Positions 36,659-46,931 of a stretch of 64,000 nt of DNA are shown here, one piece after another (the first letter of the stretch is position 1; the number at the start of each line of letters is the position of its first letter). Under the pieces are notes generated by a model. It searched no databases. It was not told where the DNA came from and saw only the letters and a program-made list of their open reading frames with translations. The stretch is from Acidiferrobacterales bacterium. Its GTDB lineage: Bacteria > Pseudomonadota > Gammaproteobacteria > Acidiferrobacterales > UBA6901. Both the position numbers and the translations under genes were made by a program. The DNA lies in the NCBI GenBank assembly GCA_036393295.1, contig DASWHF010000018.1, forward strand, positions 2,634-66,633, given 5' to 3'.

Positions 36659-36786
36659 CTTAGAGCACCTAACAAAATGAGAAACGGGTGTAGGGTGCGT
36701 CCCACGCACCGCTTAATATTTCGGTGCGCAGGGCGCACCCTACGGTTCGGCGTTGAATGCGAAGTCATTTTGTTAGGCGCTCTTAG
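36659..36786. repeat. 128-bp MITE-like element with 22-bp terminal inverted repeats
   Basis: CTTAGAGCACCTAACAAAATGA ... TCATTTTGTTAGGCGCTCTTAG. An internal second dyad is GTAGGGTGCGTCCCACGCACCG / CGGTGCGCAGGGCGCACCCTAC. The right TIR contains the cheB stop codon. Confidence 0.5.
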
Positions 36787-37874
36787 TGCTTCCGCGCCTG
36801 CGGCTCCGCGCGCCCGAGGGCGGCCCAGTGCTCGATGCGCGGCGCGATACGGTCCAGCGGCAGGACTTCCTGTACGCCGCCCAGGCGGATCGCCTGGTCG
36901 GGCATGCCGAATACCACGCAGGTCTCCTGGTTCTGCGCGACGGTCATCGCGCCGCGCGCACGCAGCGTGCGCAGCCCGCGCGCGCCGTCGTCGCCCATGC
37001 CGGTCAGGATCACGCCCAGTGCGCGGCTGCCCGCCGCCTGGGCCACCGATTCGAACAACACGTCCACCGACGGCCGATGGCGGTTGACCGGCGGCGCGTC
37101 GTAGACCTCGACGAAATAACCAAGCGCGTCGCGCCGGACCGCCATGTGCAGGCCGCCGGGTGCGACCAGCGCGCAGCCGACGCTCAAACGGTCGCCGTCG
37201 CGGGCCTCGTGGACCTCGACCGCGCTCGACTGGTTGAGGCGATCGGCGAACAGCGTCGTGAACTTCGGCGGCATGTGCTGGACGATGGCAATCCCCGGCG
37301 TGTCGGCCGGCAGGGCGTCGAGCAGCTGCTTGATCGCCTGGGTGCCGCCGGCCGAGGCGCCGATCGCGACCACCGCGCTGCTGTGCAGGCGCGGGCCGCT
37401 GCGCTTTTCGGGAGGCCGCAATGCCGGCGCCGGCGGCGGCTCGAGGCGCAGGCGCGACATCGCCGCGGCGCGCACCTTGCTGCGGATCTCGTCGGCGAGG
37501 TCGTCGATCCGGGTGAGCGGCAGGTTGCGCGGCTTGGCGACGAAATCGACCGCGCCCAGGTCGAGCGCGCGCAGCGTCGCCTGCGCGCCGCGCTCGGTCA
37601 GCGACGAGATCATCACCACCGGCATGGGCCGCAGCCGCATCAGGCGCTCGAGAAAGGTGATGCCGTCCATGCCCGGCATCTCGATGTCGAGCGTCAGCAC
37701 ATCGGGGTTGTGCTGCTTGATTTTCTCGCGCGCGATGAACGGGTCGGCGGCGATGCCCACCACCTCGAAGCCGTCGCTCTCCTCCAGGATGCGCGTCAGC
37801 AGCTGGCGCATCAGCGCCGAGTCGTCCACGATCAGCACCCGGATCTTTCCCTGCCGTTTCATGCCCGCTCCCAT
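36783..37874 (-). CDS. cheB: Chemotaxis response regulator protein-glutamate methylesterase
   Basis: An N-terminal REC domain (IRVLIVDDSALMRQLL...DVLTLDIEMPGMDG) plus a C-terminal CheB methylesterase domain (IGASAGGTQA, GMGDDGA). Confidence 0.9.
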   Translation of the reverse strand: MGAGMKRQGKIRVLIVDDSALMRQLLTRILEESDGFEVVGIAADPFIAREKIKQHNPDVLTLDIEMPGMDGITFLERLMRLRPMPVVMISSLTERGAQATLRALDLGAVDFVAKPRNLPLTRIDDLADEIRSKVRAAAMSRLRLEPPPAPALRPPEKRSGPRLHSSAVVAIGASAGGTQAIKQLLDALPADTPGIAIVQHMPPKFTTLFADRLNQSSAVEVHEARDGDRLSVGCALVAPGGLHMAVRRDALGYFVEVYDAPPVNRHRPSVDVLFESVAQAAGSRALGVILTGMGDDGARGLRTLRARGAMTVAQNQETCVVFGMPDQAIRLGGVQEVLPLDRIAPRIEHWAALGRAEPQARKH

Positions 37875-37895
37875 CGTCGCCGTCCCGGCCGGCCG

Positions 37896-38462
37896 TTAGA
37901 ACAGCGTCGCATCGCCGTCCAGCGGCTTGCGCTTCAGGCTGATCATGTACACCATTTCCTCCTGCGCGGTGCGCTCGGCCTCGGTCTGGCCGAGTCGCTT
38001 CATCAGCACCTTGCCGGTATGCGTATGGAACAGCACGCGGCGCGGCTGGTAACCGCCCAGGTCCTCCTTGATGACCGGGATGCGCTCGGTTTCGAGGAAC
38101 TGGCGGACAAAGCTGATATTGCGCTGCGGAACCCCGTCGAGCGACTCGCGGATGCGCAGCACGTGCCCGCCGCCGAACACCTTGGCCTGAAAGCGCTGGC
38201 GCGCGGCGCCTGCCTTCATCAGCTCGTTGATAAGCAGCTCCATCGCATACACGCCGTAGCGGGTGCTGACCGGATTGTCGGGGTCCGACCCGTCCGGCAG
38301 CATGAAATGATTCATGCCGCCGATGCCGGTCACCGGATCGTACAGACAGGCGGCGATGCACGACCCGAGAACGGTGTCGATCAGCAGCGGCGTACGGCTG
38401 ACGTGCAGCCCACCGATATGGATGGCGACACGCGGCAGGCCGTCCTGGTTCGGCAGCAGCAT
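37896..38462 (-). CDS. cheD: Chemoreceptor glutamine deamidase
   Basis: LIDTVLGSCIAACLYDPVTGIGGMNHFMLP is the CheD catalytic Cys-His region. Confidence 0.85.
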   Translation of the reverse strand: MLLPNQDGLPRVAIHIGGLHVSRTPLLIDTVLGSCIAACLYDPVTGIGGMNHFMLPDGSDPDNPVSTRYGVYAMELLINELMKAGAARQRFQAKVFGGGHVLRIRESLDGVPQRNISFVRQFLETERIPVIKEDLGGYQPRRVLFHTHTGKVLMKRLGQTEAERTAQEEMVYMISLKRKPLDGDATLF

Positions 38463-38465
38463 GCC

Positions 38466-39344
38466 TCAGGCCCCCCGCGACGGCGCGGCGGCGGCGCTGT
38501 GGCAGCGGTAAATGCTGTGCCCGACCGGATAGAAGCCGCAGTCGATGCCGTGCAGCGACTCGGAATGGCCGAGCATGAGGAAGCCGTCGGCCCGCAGCAT
38601 GCGCGCGAAGCGCCGGAACAGCCTTTGCTGCGTCGGCTTGTCGAAGTAGATGACCACGTTGCGGCAGAAGATGACGTCGAAGGGACGGGTCATCGGCCAC
38701 GGGTCCTGCTGCAGATTCAGGTGACGGAAGCGCACCAGCTCGCGCACCGACGGCTTCACGCGGATTTGTCCTTCGTGGTCGCCGCGGCCGCGCAGGAAGT
38801 AACGCTGCAGCCACGGCTCCGGCAGCCGGGCCGCATGCTCGGCGCTATAAATACCCTGCTCGGCGCGGTCCAGCACCCGGGTATCGATATCGGTGGCGAG
38901 GATGCGCACGTCCATCAGTCCGGCGTTCGGGATCGCGTCGAGCACGGTCATGGCGATCGAATAGGCCTCCTCGCCGGTCGAGGTGCCGGCGCTCCAGATA
39001 CGCAGCCGCTGGCGCAGCCCGCCGTTCAGGGCCTGGCGGAAGTACGGCAGCACGCTGTCCGCCAGGAAGCTGAAGTGGTGGGCCTCGCGCAGAAACTCGG
39101 TCTTGTTCGTGGTGATCGCGTTGATCAGCTCACGCAGCTCGTGACCGTCCGGATCGTTGTCCGTCACCAGGCGGTAGTAGTCGCTGAAGCTCGTGAGCCG
39201 GTGGTGGCGCAGGCGCTTGCCGAGGCGCGAGCACACCAAGGCGCGCTTGTGCTCCGACAGCGCGATGCCGGTGTGCTCGTGGATGAGCTTGCGGAAGCGC
39301 TCGAACTCGGCGTCGCTGATCGCGTCCTGGGATTGCACGAACAT
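38466..39344 (-). CDS. cheR: Chemotaxis protein methyltransferase
   Basis: N-terminal helical domain, then LRIWSAGTSTGEEAYSIAM (SAM-binding), then FDVIFCRNVVIYFD. Confidence 0.9.
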   Translation of the reverse strand: MFVQSQDAISDAEFERFRKLIHEHTGIALSEHKRALVCSRLGKRLRHHRLTSFSDYYRLVTDNDPDGHELRELINAITTNKTEFLREAHHFSFLADSVLPYFRQALNGGLRQRLRIWSAGTSTGEEAYSIAMTVLDAIPNAGLMDVRILATDIDTRVLDRAEQGIYSAEHAARLPEPWLQRYFLRGRGDHEGQIRVKPSVRELVRFRHLNLQQDPWPMTRPFDVIFCRNVVIYFDKPTQQRLFRRFARMLRADGFLMLGHSESLHGIDCGFYPVGHSIYRCHSAAAAPSRGA

Positions 39345-39403
39345 GGGTCGATCTCGTTCTTGTCACCGGGCGCGTGGGGCGGTCGCCTGGAGGGGTTGGC
39401 GAA

Positions 39404-41116
39404 TCAGAACTCCGTCCAGTCGTCGTTGCGTTCCGGCTTGCCGCTGGCCGCCGCCTTGCGCGGGCGCAGCACGTGCACCGAAGACGGGCGCGCGGGCTGC
39501 GGCGCGGGGGGCGTTGCCCGTGGGTCCGGCGCCGCATCCGGCTCCGCGGTGGCGGACGGCGCCGCCCCGGTGTCGAGCCGGAAGCCCTTGACCGAGTCGT
39601 ACAAGGCCGCCGCCTGTTGCTCCAGGGCCTGGGCGGCGGCCGACATCTCCTCGACCATCGCGGCGTTCTTTTGCGTGACCTGGTCCATCTGGACGATCGC
39701 GCGGCTCACCTGCTCGATGCCGCCGCTCTGCTCGGACGAGGCCGCCGAGATGTCGCCCGAGATGTCGGTGACCTTTTCAACGCTGGCGACGATCTCGGAC
39801 ATGGTCTTGCCGGCGCGCTCGACCAGCGCGCCGCCGCTCTCGACGTTCTGCACCGAGTTCTTGATCAGCAGCTTGATCTCCTTGGCGGCCTCGGCGCTGC
39901 GCTGCGCGAGGCTGCGCACCTCGGCCGCCACCACCGAGAATCCGCGCCCCTGCTCGCCGGCGCGCGCCGCCTCGACCGCCGCGTTGAGCGCCAGGATGTT
40001 GGTCTGGAAGGCGATGCCGTCGATGACGCCGATGATGTCGACGATCTTCTTGGAGCTGTCGCTGATGGCCGACATGGTGCGCACTACCTCGTGCACGACA
40101 TCGACGCCGTCGCCGGCCACGTTGCGGGCGTTGACCGCGAGTTGGTTGGCCTCTTCGGCGTGTTCGGCGTTCTGGCGCACCGTCGAGGTCAGCTCCTCCA
40201 TGCTGGCCGCCGTCTCTTCGAGGAACGACGCCTCCTCGTGGGTGCGCTGCGACAGCTCGACGTTTCCCGCCGAGATCTCACCGGCCGCCTGGCGGATGTG
40301 GCTGGCGCCGTCGCGGACACCGTGGACCACGCGCCCGAGACTCTCGTTCATGGTCTTGAGCGCGGCCATCAGGCGGCCGATCTCGTCGCGCGACTTGACC
40401 TCGATGCGGCTCGACAGGTCGCCGTGCGAAATGCGCGTCGCCACGTCGACGGCGCGGCCGATCGACGTGACGATGTCGTAGCCGACCTTGAGCGAGACCA
40501 CGAGCAGCAGGAAGACGATAACGCCGGATGCCGACAGCGCGATCAGGAGTATGGTGCGGCTGTCGGCCTTGTGGTTCTCATACGTGGTCAGCACCGCGGT
40601 CTTCTCGACCTCCATCAGCCCGCCGATCGGAATGACGATGCGGTTCTGGAGCGCCGACCAGTCGTTGCCGAGTATCGCGGCGATCGCCGGTTTGCGCTCG
40701 CCGCGATAGGCGGCCTCGAGCTTGTCCAGGAATGCACGCAGCGCCGGCATCTCGGCCTCGATCCGGGCAATCGCCGTCTCGCTGAGCTCGCTGCGCTCGT
40801 TGACGGCGGTGCGCGTGCGGTAGTCGGACCACAGGCTGGGAATCTGCTCGCGCGCCATCTGGACGTCGAGCGTGTTGTCGGCGGCGGACGACTGGTCGAG
40901 CAGATAGGTCGCCATGCGCAGCCGCAGATCGCGCAGCTCGCCGTCGATCTCGGTGAGCAGCGACACCGGGACCACGCGCTGCTCGTAAACCGCGGACAGC
41001 GAACCGGAGGCGCCGGTCAGGCCGAAGAACAGCAGGCCGGCGAGCGCCAGCATGCCGACGATGCTCAGCCCCGCACCGAAGAACAGCCGCTGCTTGATGC
41101 TGATGTTCTTTGTCAT
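39404..41116 (-). CDS. Methyl-accepting chemotaxis protein (2 TM, periplasmic 4-helix-type domain, HAMP), C-terminal DWTEF pentapeptide
   Basis: Signalling hairpin [33 protein letters not shown]. It ends ...NDDWTEF. Confidence 0.9.
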   Translation of the reverse strand: MTKNISIKQRLFFGAGLSIVGMLALAGLLFFGLTGASGSLSAVYEQRVVPVSLLTEIDGELRDLRLRMATYLLDQSSAADNTLDVQMAREQIPSLWSDYRTRTAVNERSELSETAIARIEAEMPALRAFLDKLEAAYRGERKPAIAAILGNDWSALQNRIVIPIGGLMEVEKTAVLTTYENHKADSRTILLIALSASGVIVFLLLVVSLKVGYDIVTSIGRAVDVATRISHGDLSSRIEVKSRDEIGRLMAALKTMNESLGRVVHGVRDGASHIRQAAGEISAGNVELSQRTHEEASFLEETAASMEELTSTVRQNAEHAEEANQLAVNARNVAGDGVDVVHEVVRTMSAISDSSKKIVDIIGVIDGIAFQTNILALNAAVEAARAGEQGRGFSVVAAEVRSLAQRSAEAAKEIKLLIKNSVQNVESGGALVERAGKTMSEIVASVEKVTDISGDISAASSEQSGGIEQVSRAIVQMDQVTQKNAAMVEEMSAAAQALEQQAAALYDSVKGFRLDTGAAPSATAEPDAAPDPRATPPAPQPARPSSVHVLRPRKAAASGKPERNDDWTEF

Positions 41117-41175
41117 GCCGCGCTACCTCCCCTGCCCTGGATCATTCACTTTTTGCCGCCCGCGCCACACCACGC

Positions 41176-42528
41176 TCAGAACTCCTCGAAACCGCGGGTC
41201 CGCCCGGCGGCGATCGCGGCGCCACGCGCCGGCGCCGCCGGCCGGACCGTACGTTCGCCGCCAGACGCCAGCGCGACGACCTCGGCGGCCGGCGCCGCCG
41301 GCTCGCGCGCCGGCGCGTCGACGCGGAAGCGCGCGAGCAACGCGCGCAACCGCTCGGCCTGATCGGCGAACGACTGGCTGCTGCCCGACAGCTCCTCCAC
41401 CTGGGCGGCGGTGTTCTGCGCCACGCCGTCCATCTGGACGATGGCGCGATTGACCTGATCGATGCCGGAGGCCTGCTCGCGGCTGGACGTGCTGATCTCG
41501 CCGATGATGCCGGTCACGCGCTTGACGCTGGCGGCGATCTCCTCGAGCGTCAGGCTCGAGGTGTTGACCAGGTGGGTGCCGTCCTGGATCTTGTCGACGC
41601 TGTCCTGGATCAGCGCCTTGATCTCCTTGGCGGCCGCGGCGCTGCGCTGGGCGAGATTGCGCACCTCGGTGGCCACCACCGAGAAGCCGCGACCGTGCTC
41701 GCCGGCGCGCGCCGCCTCGACCGCCGCGTTCAGCGCCAGCAGATTGGTCTGGAAGGCGATGCCGTCGATGACCCCGGTGATCTCGGCGATGCGGCCGCTG
41801 CTGGTGGTGATGAGGTCCATGGAGCGCTTGATCGACGACGCCATGACCATGCCCTCGTTGGCCTGCTGGCTGGACTCGTTGGCCAGCCGGTCGGCCTGGC
41901 CGGCGTTGTCGGCGTTCTGCTTGACCGTGCTGGTCATCTCCTCCATCGACGCGGCGGTCTCCTCCAGCGAGCTGGCCTGCTCCTGGGCCGAGGCCGACAG
42001 GCTTTCGGAGGCGGACGACAACTCCTGCGAGCCGACCGCCACGGCGTCGGCCGCGGACTGGACCTCGCGCACGATCTGCTGGAGCTCGTCCATCAGGACG
42101 TTGAATGCTCCACAGGCCTGGCCGAGCTCGTCGCGGCTGGTGACGTGCAGCGACGCCGTGAGATCGCCTTGCGCCGCGCGCTGCAGGGCGCGCTCCAGCC
42201 GCCCGAGCGGTCCGGTGATGGTGCGCACGAAGTACCAGCCGAGCAGCAGCATCAGCGGCAGCGCTCCGATCATGACGCCGATGGTCACGCCGCGCGCGCT
42301 GTCGTGAGCGCGGCGCACCTTGTCGAACGCCGCGTCGTGGCGGACGCGGTCGGCGCCGAGACTCGCCTCGCTCTGCGCCGCGACGTGGGCGCTCTCGGCG
42401 AAGCTCATGATCTTGCCCATGCTGTGCAGGCCGAGCAGCCCGCCGGCCAGCAGCGCCACGTACACCAGGATCGCCGCACCGAGCAGCTTGGTGCGCAGTT
42501 GGATGCCTTTGCCGTAGAACATTTCCAT
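41176..42528 (-). CDS. Methyl-accepting chemotaxis protein (short sensing domain), C-terminal GFEEF pentapeptide
   Basis: Start MEMFYGKGIQLRTKLL at 42528. [33 protein letters not shown]. It ends ...RGFEEF. Confidence 0.9.
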   Translation of the reverse strand: MEMFYGKGIQLRTKLLGAAILVYVALLAGGLLGLHSMGKIMSFAESAHVAAQSEASLGADRVRHDAAFDKVRRAHDSARGVTIGVMIGALPLMLLLGWYFVRTITGPLGRLERALQRAAQGDLTASLHVTSRDELGQACGAFNVLMDELQQIVREVQSAADAVAVGSQELSSASESLSASAQEQASSLEETAASMEEMTSTVKQNADNAGQADRLANESSQQANEGMVMASSIKRSMDLITTSSGRIAEITGVIDGIAFQTNLLALNAAVEAARAGEHGRGFSVVATEVRNLAQRSAAAAKEIKALIQDSVDKIQDGTHLVNTSSLTLEEIAASVKRVTGIIGEISTSSREQASGIDQVNRAIVQMDGVAQNTAAQVEELSGSSQSFADQAERLRALLARFRVDAPAREPAAPAAEVVALASGGERTVRPAAPARGAAIAAGRTRGFEEF

Positions 42529-42565
42529 CGTTACCACCCTTGCGCGTCGCCGCGCCAGAACCGCC

Positions 42566-43072
42566 TCAGGACCCCAGTGCCTCCGGCGTCGCGCCGATGA
42601 TCGCCTCAGGGTTGACCAGTTTGTCGATGTCGAGCAGGACCAGCAGTTGTTCGTCCTTCTGCGCCAGCCCGAGGATGAACTCTCGGCCCTCGCGTCCCTC
42701 GTAGTCCGGCGCCGCACAGTGCCGATCGGGCGGCACGTCGATCACGTCCTGCACCGCGTCGACCACCAGCCCGGCGAGGCGGCCGCGGACGTTCACCACG
42801 ACGATGACGGTGAGCTCGTTGTACTCGCTCTCGTCCAGACCGAAGCGCAGCCGCAGGTCGATGATCGGCACGATTGTGCCGCGCAGATTCAACACGCCCT
42901 TGACGTGGCGCGGGCTGTTCGGGATCGGCGTGACGCGATCCCAGACCCGGATCTCCTGGACCTTGAGAATGCCGATGGCGTACTCCTGCTCACCGAGCCG
43001 GAAGGTCAGATACTGGCTGTCGCCACCCAGGGCTTCCAGGTCGTCGTGTATCGGGGCCGTGGCCGTGATCAT
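42566..43072 (-). CDS. cheW: Chemotaxis coupling protein CheW
   Basis: QYLTFRLGEQEYAIGILKVQEIR...VKGVLNLRGTIVPIIDLR is a CheW domain. The start overlaps the cheA stop. Confidence 0.9.
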   Translation of the reverse strand: MITATAPIHDDLEALGGDSQYLTFRLGEQEYAIGILKVQEIRVWDRVTPIPNSPRHVKGVLNLRGTIVPIIDLRLRFGLDESEYNELTVIVVVNVRGRLAGLVVDAVQDVIDVPPDRHCAAPDYEGREGREFILGLAQKDEQLLVLLDIDKLVNPEAIIGATPEALGS

Positions 43073-45171
43073 TGCAAGTGCCCTCCAGTTGTCCCGGCAT
43101 CCGTTCGGTTGTTCAGTTCGCCGGCATCGCCGCGCTCCGCACCGCCGCGGTAGCCGTGGGCGGCATAGCTGCGGGCATGCGCCGCCTGCACCAGGCTGGC
43201 GGCGTCGAGGATCAGCGCCACCGCGCCGTCGCCGAGGATGGTCGCGGCGGCGATGCCGTCGACGCGCTGGTAGTGCGCGGCGAGATTCTTGATCACCACC
43301 TGCTGCTGGCCGAGCAGCTCGTCGACGAACACGCCGGCGCGCCGGCCGTCGGCCTCGATCACCACGAGGATGCCGTCGGCCAGGCTGGGGGCGCGCGCCG
43401 CGACGTTGAAGACCTCGTGCAGCCGCACCAGCGGCAGAAATTCGTCGCGCAGCGCGAACATCTCCGGGCCGCCGGCGGCGCGGCTCACTTGCGCGTCGGT
43501 CAGGCAGATCGACTCGGCGATGTTGACCAGCGGAATGATGTAACTCTGCTCGCCGACCTGCACGCTCAGGCCCTCCAGGATGGCCAGCGTCAGCGGCAGG
43601 CGCAGGGTGAAGCGCGTGCCCCGCCCGGGCTCGGACTCGACCTCGACGCTGCCGCCGAGGCTCTGGATGTTGTTGCGCACCACGTCCATGCCGACGCCGC
43701 GCCCGGAGATGTCGCTCACCACTTCGGCGGTCGACAGCCCGGGAAGGAAAATCATCGCGTCGATCTCGGCCGGTGTCGGCGTCGCGTCGGGTGCCAACCG
43801 CCCGAGGCGCCGGGCCCTGGCCAGGATACGGTCGCGCGGCAGGCCGGCGCCGTCGTCGGACAGCTCGATAATGACGTTGCCGCCCTTCTGCTGGGCATGC
43901 AGCGCGATCGTGCCGGTCTCGGACTTGCCGGCGGCCACGCGCTGCGCCGGCGGCTCGATGCCGTGGTCGATGCTGTTGCGCACCAGGTGCAGCAGAGGAT
44001 CGCTGATGCGCTCGATGACCGTCTTGTCGAGCTCGGTGCGCTCGCCCGCCAGCGTGAGCCGCACGCGTTTGCCGAGCTGGGCGGCGGTATCGCGCGCCGC
44101 GCGCGGCAGGCGGTTGAATACGAAGCCGATCGGCAGCATGCGGATGCTCATCACGCTCTCCTGCAGATCGCGGGTATTGCGCTCCAGTTGCGCGACGCCG
44201 GCCTGCAGGCGCGCCAGCTTGTCGGGGGCGAAGTCGTTGGCGGTCTGCGTCAGCATCGCCTGGGTGATGACCAGCTCGCCGACCATGTTGATCAGCGCGT
44301 CGACCTTGGCGATGCCGACGCGGATCGATCCGACCGCGGCGGCACCGGTTTCCGCCGGTGTCGTGTCAGCGGACGAGCTGTCCGGCGCGCGACGCTCGGC
44401 GGCGGCCGGCGGCCGGCTGCGCGCCAGCGGTGCCAGCGTCAGGTCACAGTCGCCCAGCACCCATTCGAAGGCGTCGGTGACCTGGGCGCGCGAAGCGGCG
44501 GTCTCGAGACGCAGCTGCCAGCTCAGGTGGCAGACGGCCGGATCGAAACCCTCCCAGTCGGGCAAGGCCGAGATATCGGTACGCGCCGTCAGCCGCCCGA
44601 GCCCGGCGAGCTCGCGAAAGATGCGCAGCGGGTCGTTGCCGTTGGCGAGCAGGCCCGGACCCGGCCGGAAGCCGATCTCCCAGCCGGGGCCGCCGCCCGC
44701 GTCCCGGTCGGCCGGCGCTGGTGCGTCGCGCCCGGTGGCCGCGACCCCGGCCGCCGCCAGCAACGTCTCGACCTCGTCGCGCAGCCGGTGCGCGGTCGAT
44801 TGCTCGCCGGCGCGTGCCGCGGTGCGGCCGGCGCTGGCCGCCTGGATCATGGCGCGCAGCTGGTCCACGGCGCGCAACAACAGCGCGATGACCCGGGCGT
44901 CGATCGGCAATTCCCCGGCGCGCAGCGCGTCCATCAGCGTCTCCAGGGCATGGGCAAACTCGGCGATCTCGCCGTAGCCGAAAGTGCCGCTTGCGCCCTT
45001 GATCGAGTGCACGGCACGGAACAGCGTGTTGAGCGTCTCGGCCTCGACCTGGGCGCCCGAGCCCTCGCCGATCGCCTGCTCCAGGCTCAGCAGCTCGGTC
45101 TCCATGTCGGCCAGACCCTCGAGGCTTTCCTCGAAGAAGGTCTGGTGGAACTGGCGGATATCGATGGGCAT
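43069..45171 (-). CDS. cheA: Chemotaxis histidine kinase CheA
   Basis: Hpt (LFRAVHSIKGASGTFG), dimerisation domain, HATPase (DDGAGL, GRGVGMDVV), and a C-terminal CheW-like domain. Confidence 0.95.
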   Translation of the reverse strand: MPIDIRQFHQTFFEESLEGLADMETELLSLEQAIGEGSGAQVEAETLNTLFRAVHSIKGASGTFGYGEIAEFAHALETLMDALRAGELPIDARVIALLLRAVDQLRAMIQAASAGRTAARAGEQSTAHRLRDEVETLLAAAGVAATGRDAPAPADRDAGGGPGWEIGFRPGPGLLANGNDPLRIFRELAGLGRLTARTDISALPDWEGFDPAVCHLSWQLRLETAASRAQVTDAFEWVLGDCDLTLAPLARSRPPAAAERRAPDSSSADTTPAETGAAAVGSIRVGIAKVDALINMVGELVITQAMLTQTANDFAPDKLARLQAGVAQLERNTRDLQESVMSIRMLPIGFVFNRLPRAARDTAAQLGKRVRLTLAGERTELDKTVIERISDPLLHLVRNSIDHGIEPPAQRVAAGKSETGTIALHAQQKGGNVIIELSDDGAGLPRDRILARARRLGRLAPDATPTPAEIDAMIFLPGLSTAEVVSDISGRGVGMDVVRNNIQSLGGSVEVESEPGRGTRFTLRLPLTLAILEGLSVQVGEQSYIIPLVNIAESICLTDAQVSRAAGGPEMFALRDEFLPLVRLHEVFNVAARAPSLADGILVVIEADGRRAGVFVDELLGQQQVVIKNLAAHYQRVDGIAAATILGDGAVALILDAASLVQAAHARSYAAHGYRGGAERGDAGELNNRTDAGTTGGHLQ

Positions 45172-45175
45172 GGCC

Positions 45176-45538
45176 TTAGCCGAGCACCTTCTTGACCACG
45201 TTGAGCAGCTGCTCGGGATTGAAGGGCTTGACGATCCAGCCGGTCGCCCCGGCGGCGCGGCCCTCCTGGCGTTTGGCCTCCTGCGACTCGGTGGTGAGCA
45301 TCAGGATCGGCGTATAGCGGTAGTCCGGCAGCGCGCGCAGCGACTTGACCAGCGTGATGCCGTCCATGTTCGGCATGTTGATATCCGCGATCACCAGGTC
45401 GACCTTGTTGCCCTGGGCGAGCTTGAGCGCGTCCTGGCCGTCACAGGCCTCGATCACGCTGTGTCCGATGCTGTTCAGGGTGAAGCTGATCATCTGGCGC
45501 ATGGAGGCCGTGTCGTCTACGGTCATGATGGTTGCCAT
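45176..45538 (-). CDS. cheY: Chemotaxis response regulator CheY
   Basis: 120-aa single REC domain: IMTVDDTASMR...DLVIADINMPNMDG...IVKPF. Confidence 0.9.
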   Translation of the reverse strand: MATIMTVDDTASMRQMISFTLNSIGHSVIEACDGQDALKLAQGNKVDLVIADINMPNMDGITLVKSLRALPDYRYTPILMLTTESQEAKRQEGRAAGATGWIVKPFNPEQLLNVVKKVLG

Positions 45539-45551
45539 CGGGCATTACCTC

Positions 45552-46931
45552 CTAAAACAATTCCACTGCCGGCCCGTCATCGGACTTGGGCGTGCCGGAT
45601 TGTTGGCGGGCTGTGCGCGCCGGCCCGTCCGCCGGGCGATATTCGGTTTCCAGCTCGTGGCCGTCCTCGGCGCGCGCCGACCACAGCTTGTCGCTCGGCA
45701 GGCGCGTCAACAGGCCCTGATCGATGCTGCGGGTCTCCTGCATGAGCTCGGTGAGCGTGCGGCGCAGCTCCTCCATGTCGCCCAGCATCCCGGTGAGCTT
45801 CTGGCTGGTGATGTCCTGGAACTGCAGCGAAATGATCACGTTCTCCACGTCCTTGGCGATCTCCTTGCTGATGGTGTTGATGCGGCCGACGGTCTCGGCG
45901 ACCTCGCGGTTCTTGGATTCGAGCGACGAGGTGAGCTTGACGACCTCGTCCTTGATGCGGAAGGCCTGCTGCTTGTCCTCGGCCGACAGCGAGCGCATGT
46001 TGCCGTAGGTCTTGTTGAGGCCGTCCTTCACGCCGCGCAAGTGCTCGCGAATGCGATTGCTGAACTCGTGCGAGCGCTGGCTGAGCTTGCGCACCTCCTG
46101 GGCGACCACCGAGAACCCGCGGCCGAACTCGCCGACGCGCGCCGCCTCGATGTCGGCGTTGAGCGCCAGCAGGCTGGTCTGGTCGGCGAGCTTTTCCACG
46201 TCGAGCACGAAGCCGTCGATCGCCTGGGCGCGCGACTGCACGCCGTCGAGCTCGCGCACCATCTGCACCGACAGGTTGGCGACGCGCACCACCTCGTCGG
46301 CCATCTTGTTGAGGCGCTCGTCCGAGACCTCGATGAAATCGCGCAGCGACTGCGGCGCGCCGTCCATCGACGCCGCGCCCTGGGTGCCTTCGAGCAACTC
46401 CATGGCCTCGCGCGCCTGCACGGTCGCCTTGTTGATGATCGCCTGAAAGCTGCTGGCGATGGTCTGGGCGGCCTGTTCGGTGAGCTGGATGACCGAGTAA
46501 ATCTGCTTGCGCAGCGCCAGCGCCGCGTCGCTCTGCTGCTGGGCGACCTGCATCCAGCGGCGCAGCAGCTCTTCGAGGCGGCGGCGCTGGGTGTCGGCCG
46601 CCATGCCGTGCAGGATCTCCTCGACCGGCCTGATCTCGGGCGCCCGGCCGGCCTGGGCGATCAAGGCGTCGATCTCGTCGTCGACCGCGGCCGGCGGCGC
46701 GAGCTCGCGCGTCGGGTGATCCTCGTCCAGGCTGCCCAGGCGGCGCCCGTAGAGCACCAGCAGCACCACCCCGAGCGCGGTGCCGAAGCCGCTGGCCAAC
46801 GCCACCCACCAGGGCACGAAGGCCAGGGTCAGGCTCCAGGACAGGACCACCACCACAATCACCCACAAATAGCCGCGCGACCACGGCAGCGGGGTCACGG
46901 GCAGCTTGCTGAGACCCGGGATCGCGCTCAT
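45552..46931 (-). CDS. Methyl-accepting chemotaxis protein lacking a periplasmic sensor domain (two adjacent TMs)
   Basis: Start [10 protein letters not shown] at 46931 (ATGA overlap with the STAS gene). [33 protein letters not shown]. Confidence 0.85.
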   Translation of the reverse strand: MSAIPGLSKLPVTPLPWSRGYLWVIVVVVLSWSLTLAFVPWWVALASGFGTALGVVLLVLYGRRLGSLDEDHPTRELAPPAAVDDEIDALIAQAGRAPEIRPVEEILHGMAADTQRRRLEELLRRWMQVAQQQSDAALALRKQIYSVIQLTEQAAQTIASSFQAIINKATVQAREAMELLEGTQGAASMDGAPQSLRDFIEVSDERLNKMADEVVRVANLSVQMVRELDGVQSRAQAIDGFVLDVEKLADQTSLLALNADIEAARVGEFGRGFSVVAQEVRKLSQRSHEFSNRIREHLRGVKDGLNKTYGNMRSLSAEDKQQAFRIKDEVVKLTSSLESKNREVAETVGRINTISKEIAKDVENVIISLQFQDITSQKLTGMLGDMEELRRTLTELMQETRSIDQGLLTRLPSDKLWSARAEDGHELETEYRPADGPARTARQQSGTPKSDDGPAVELF

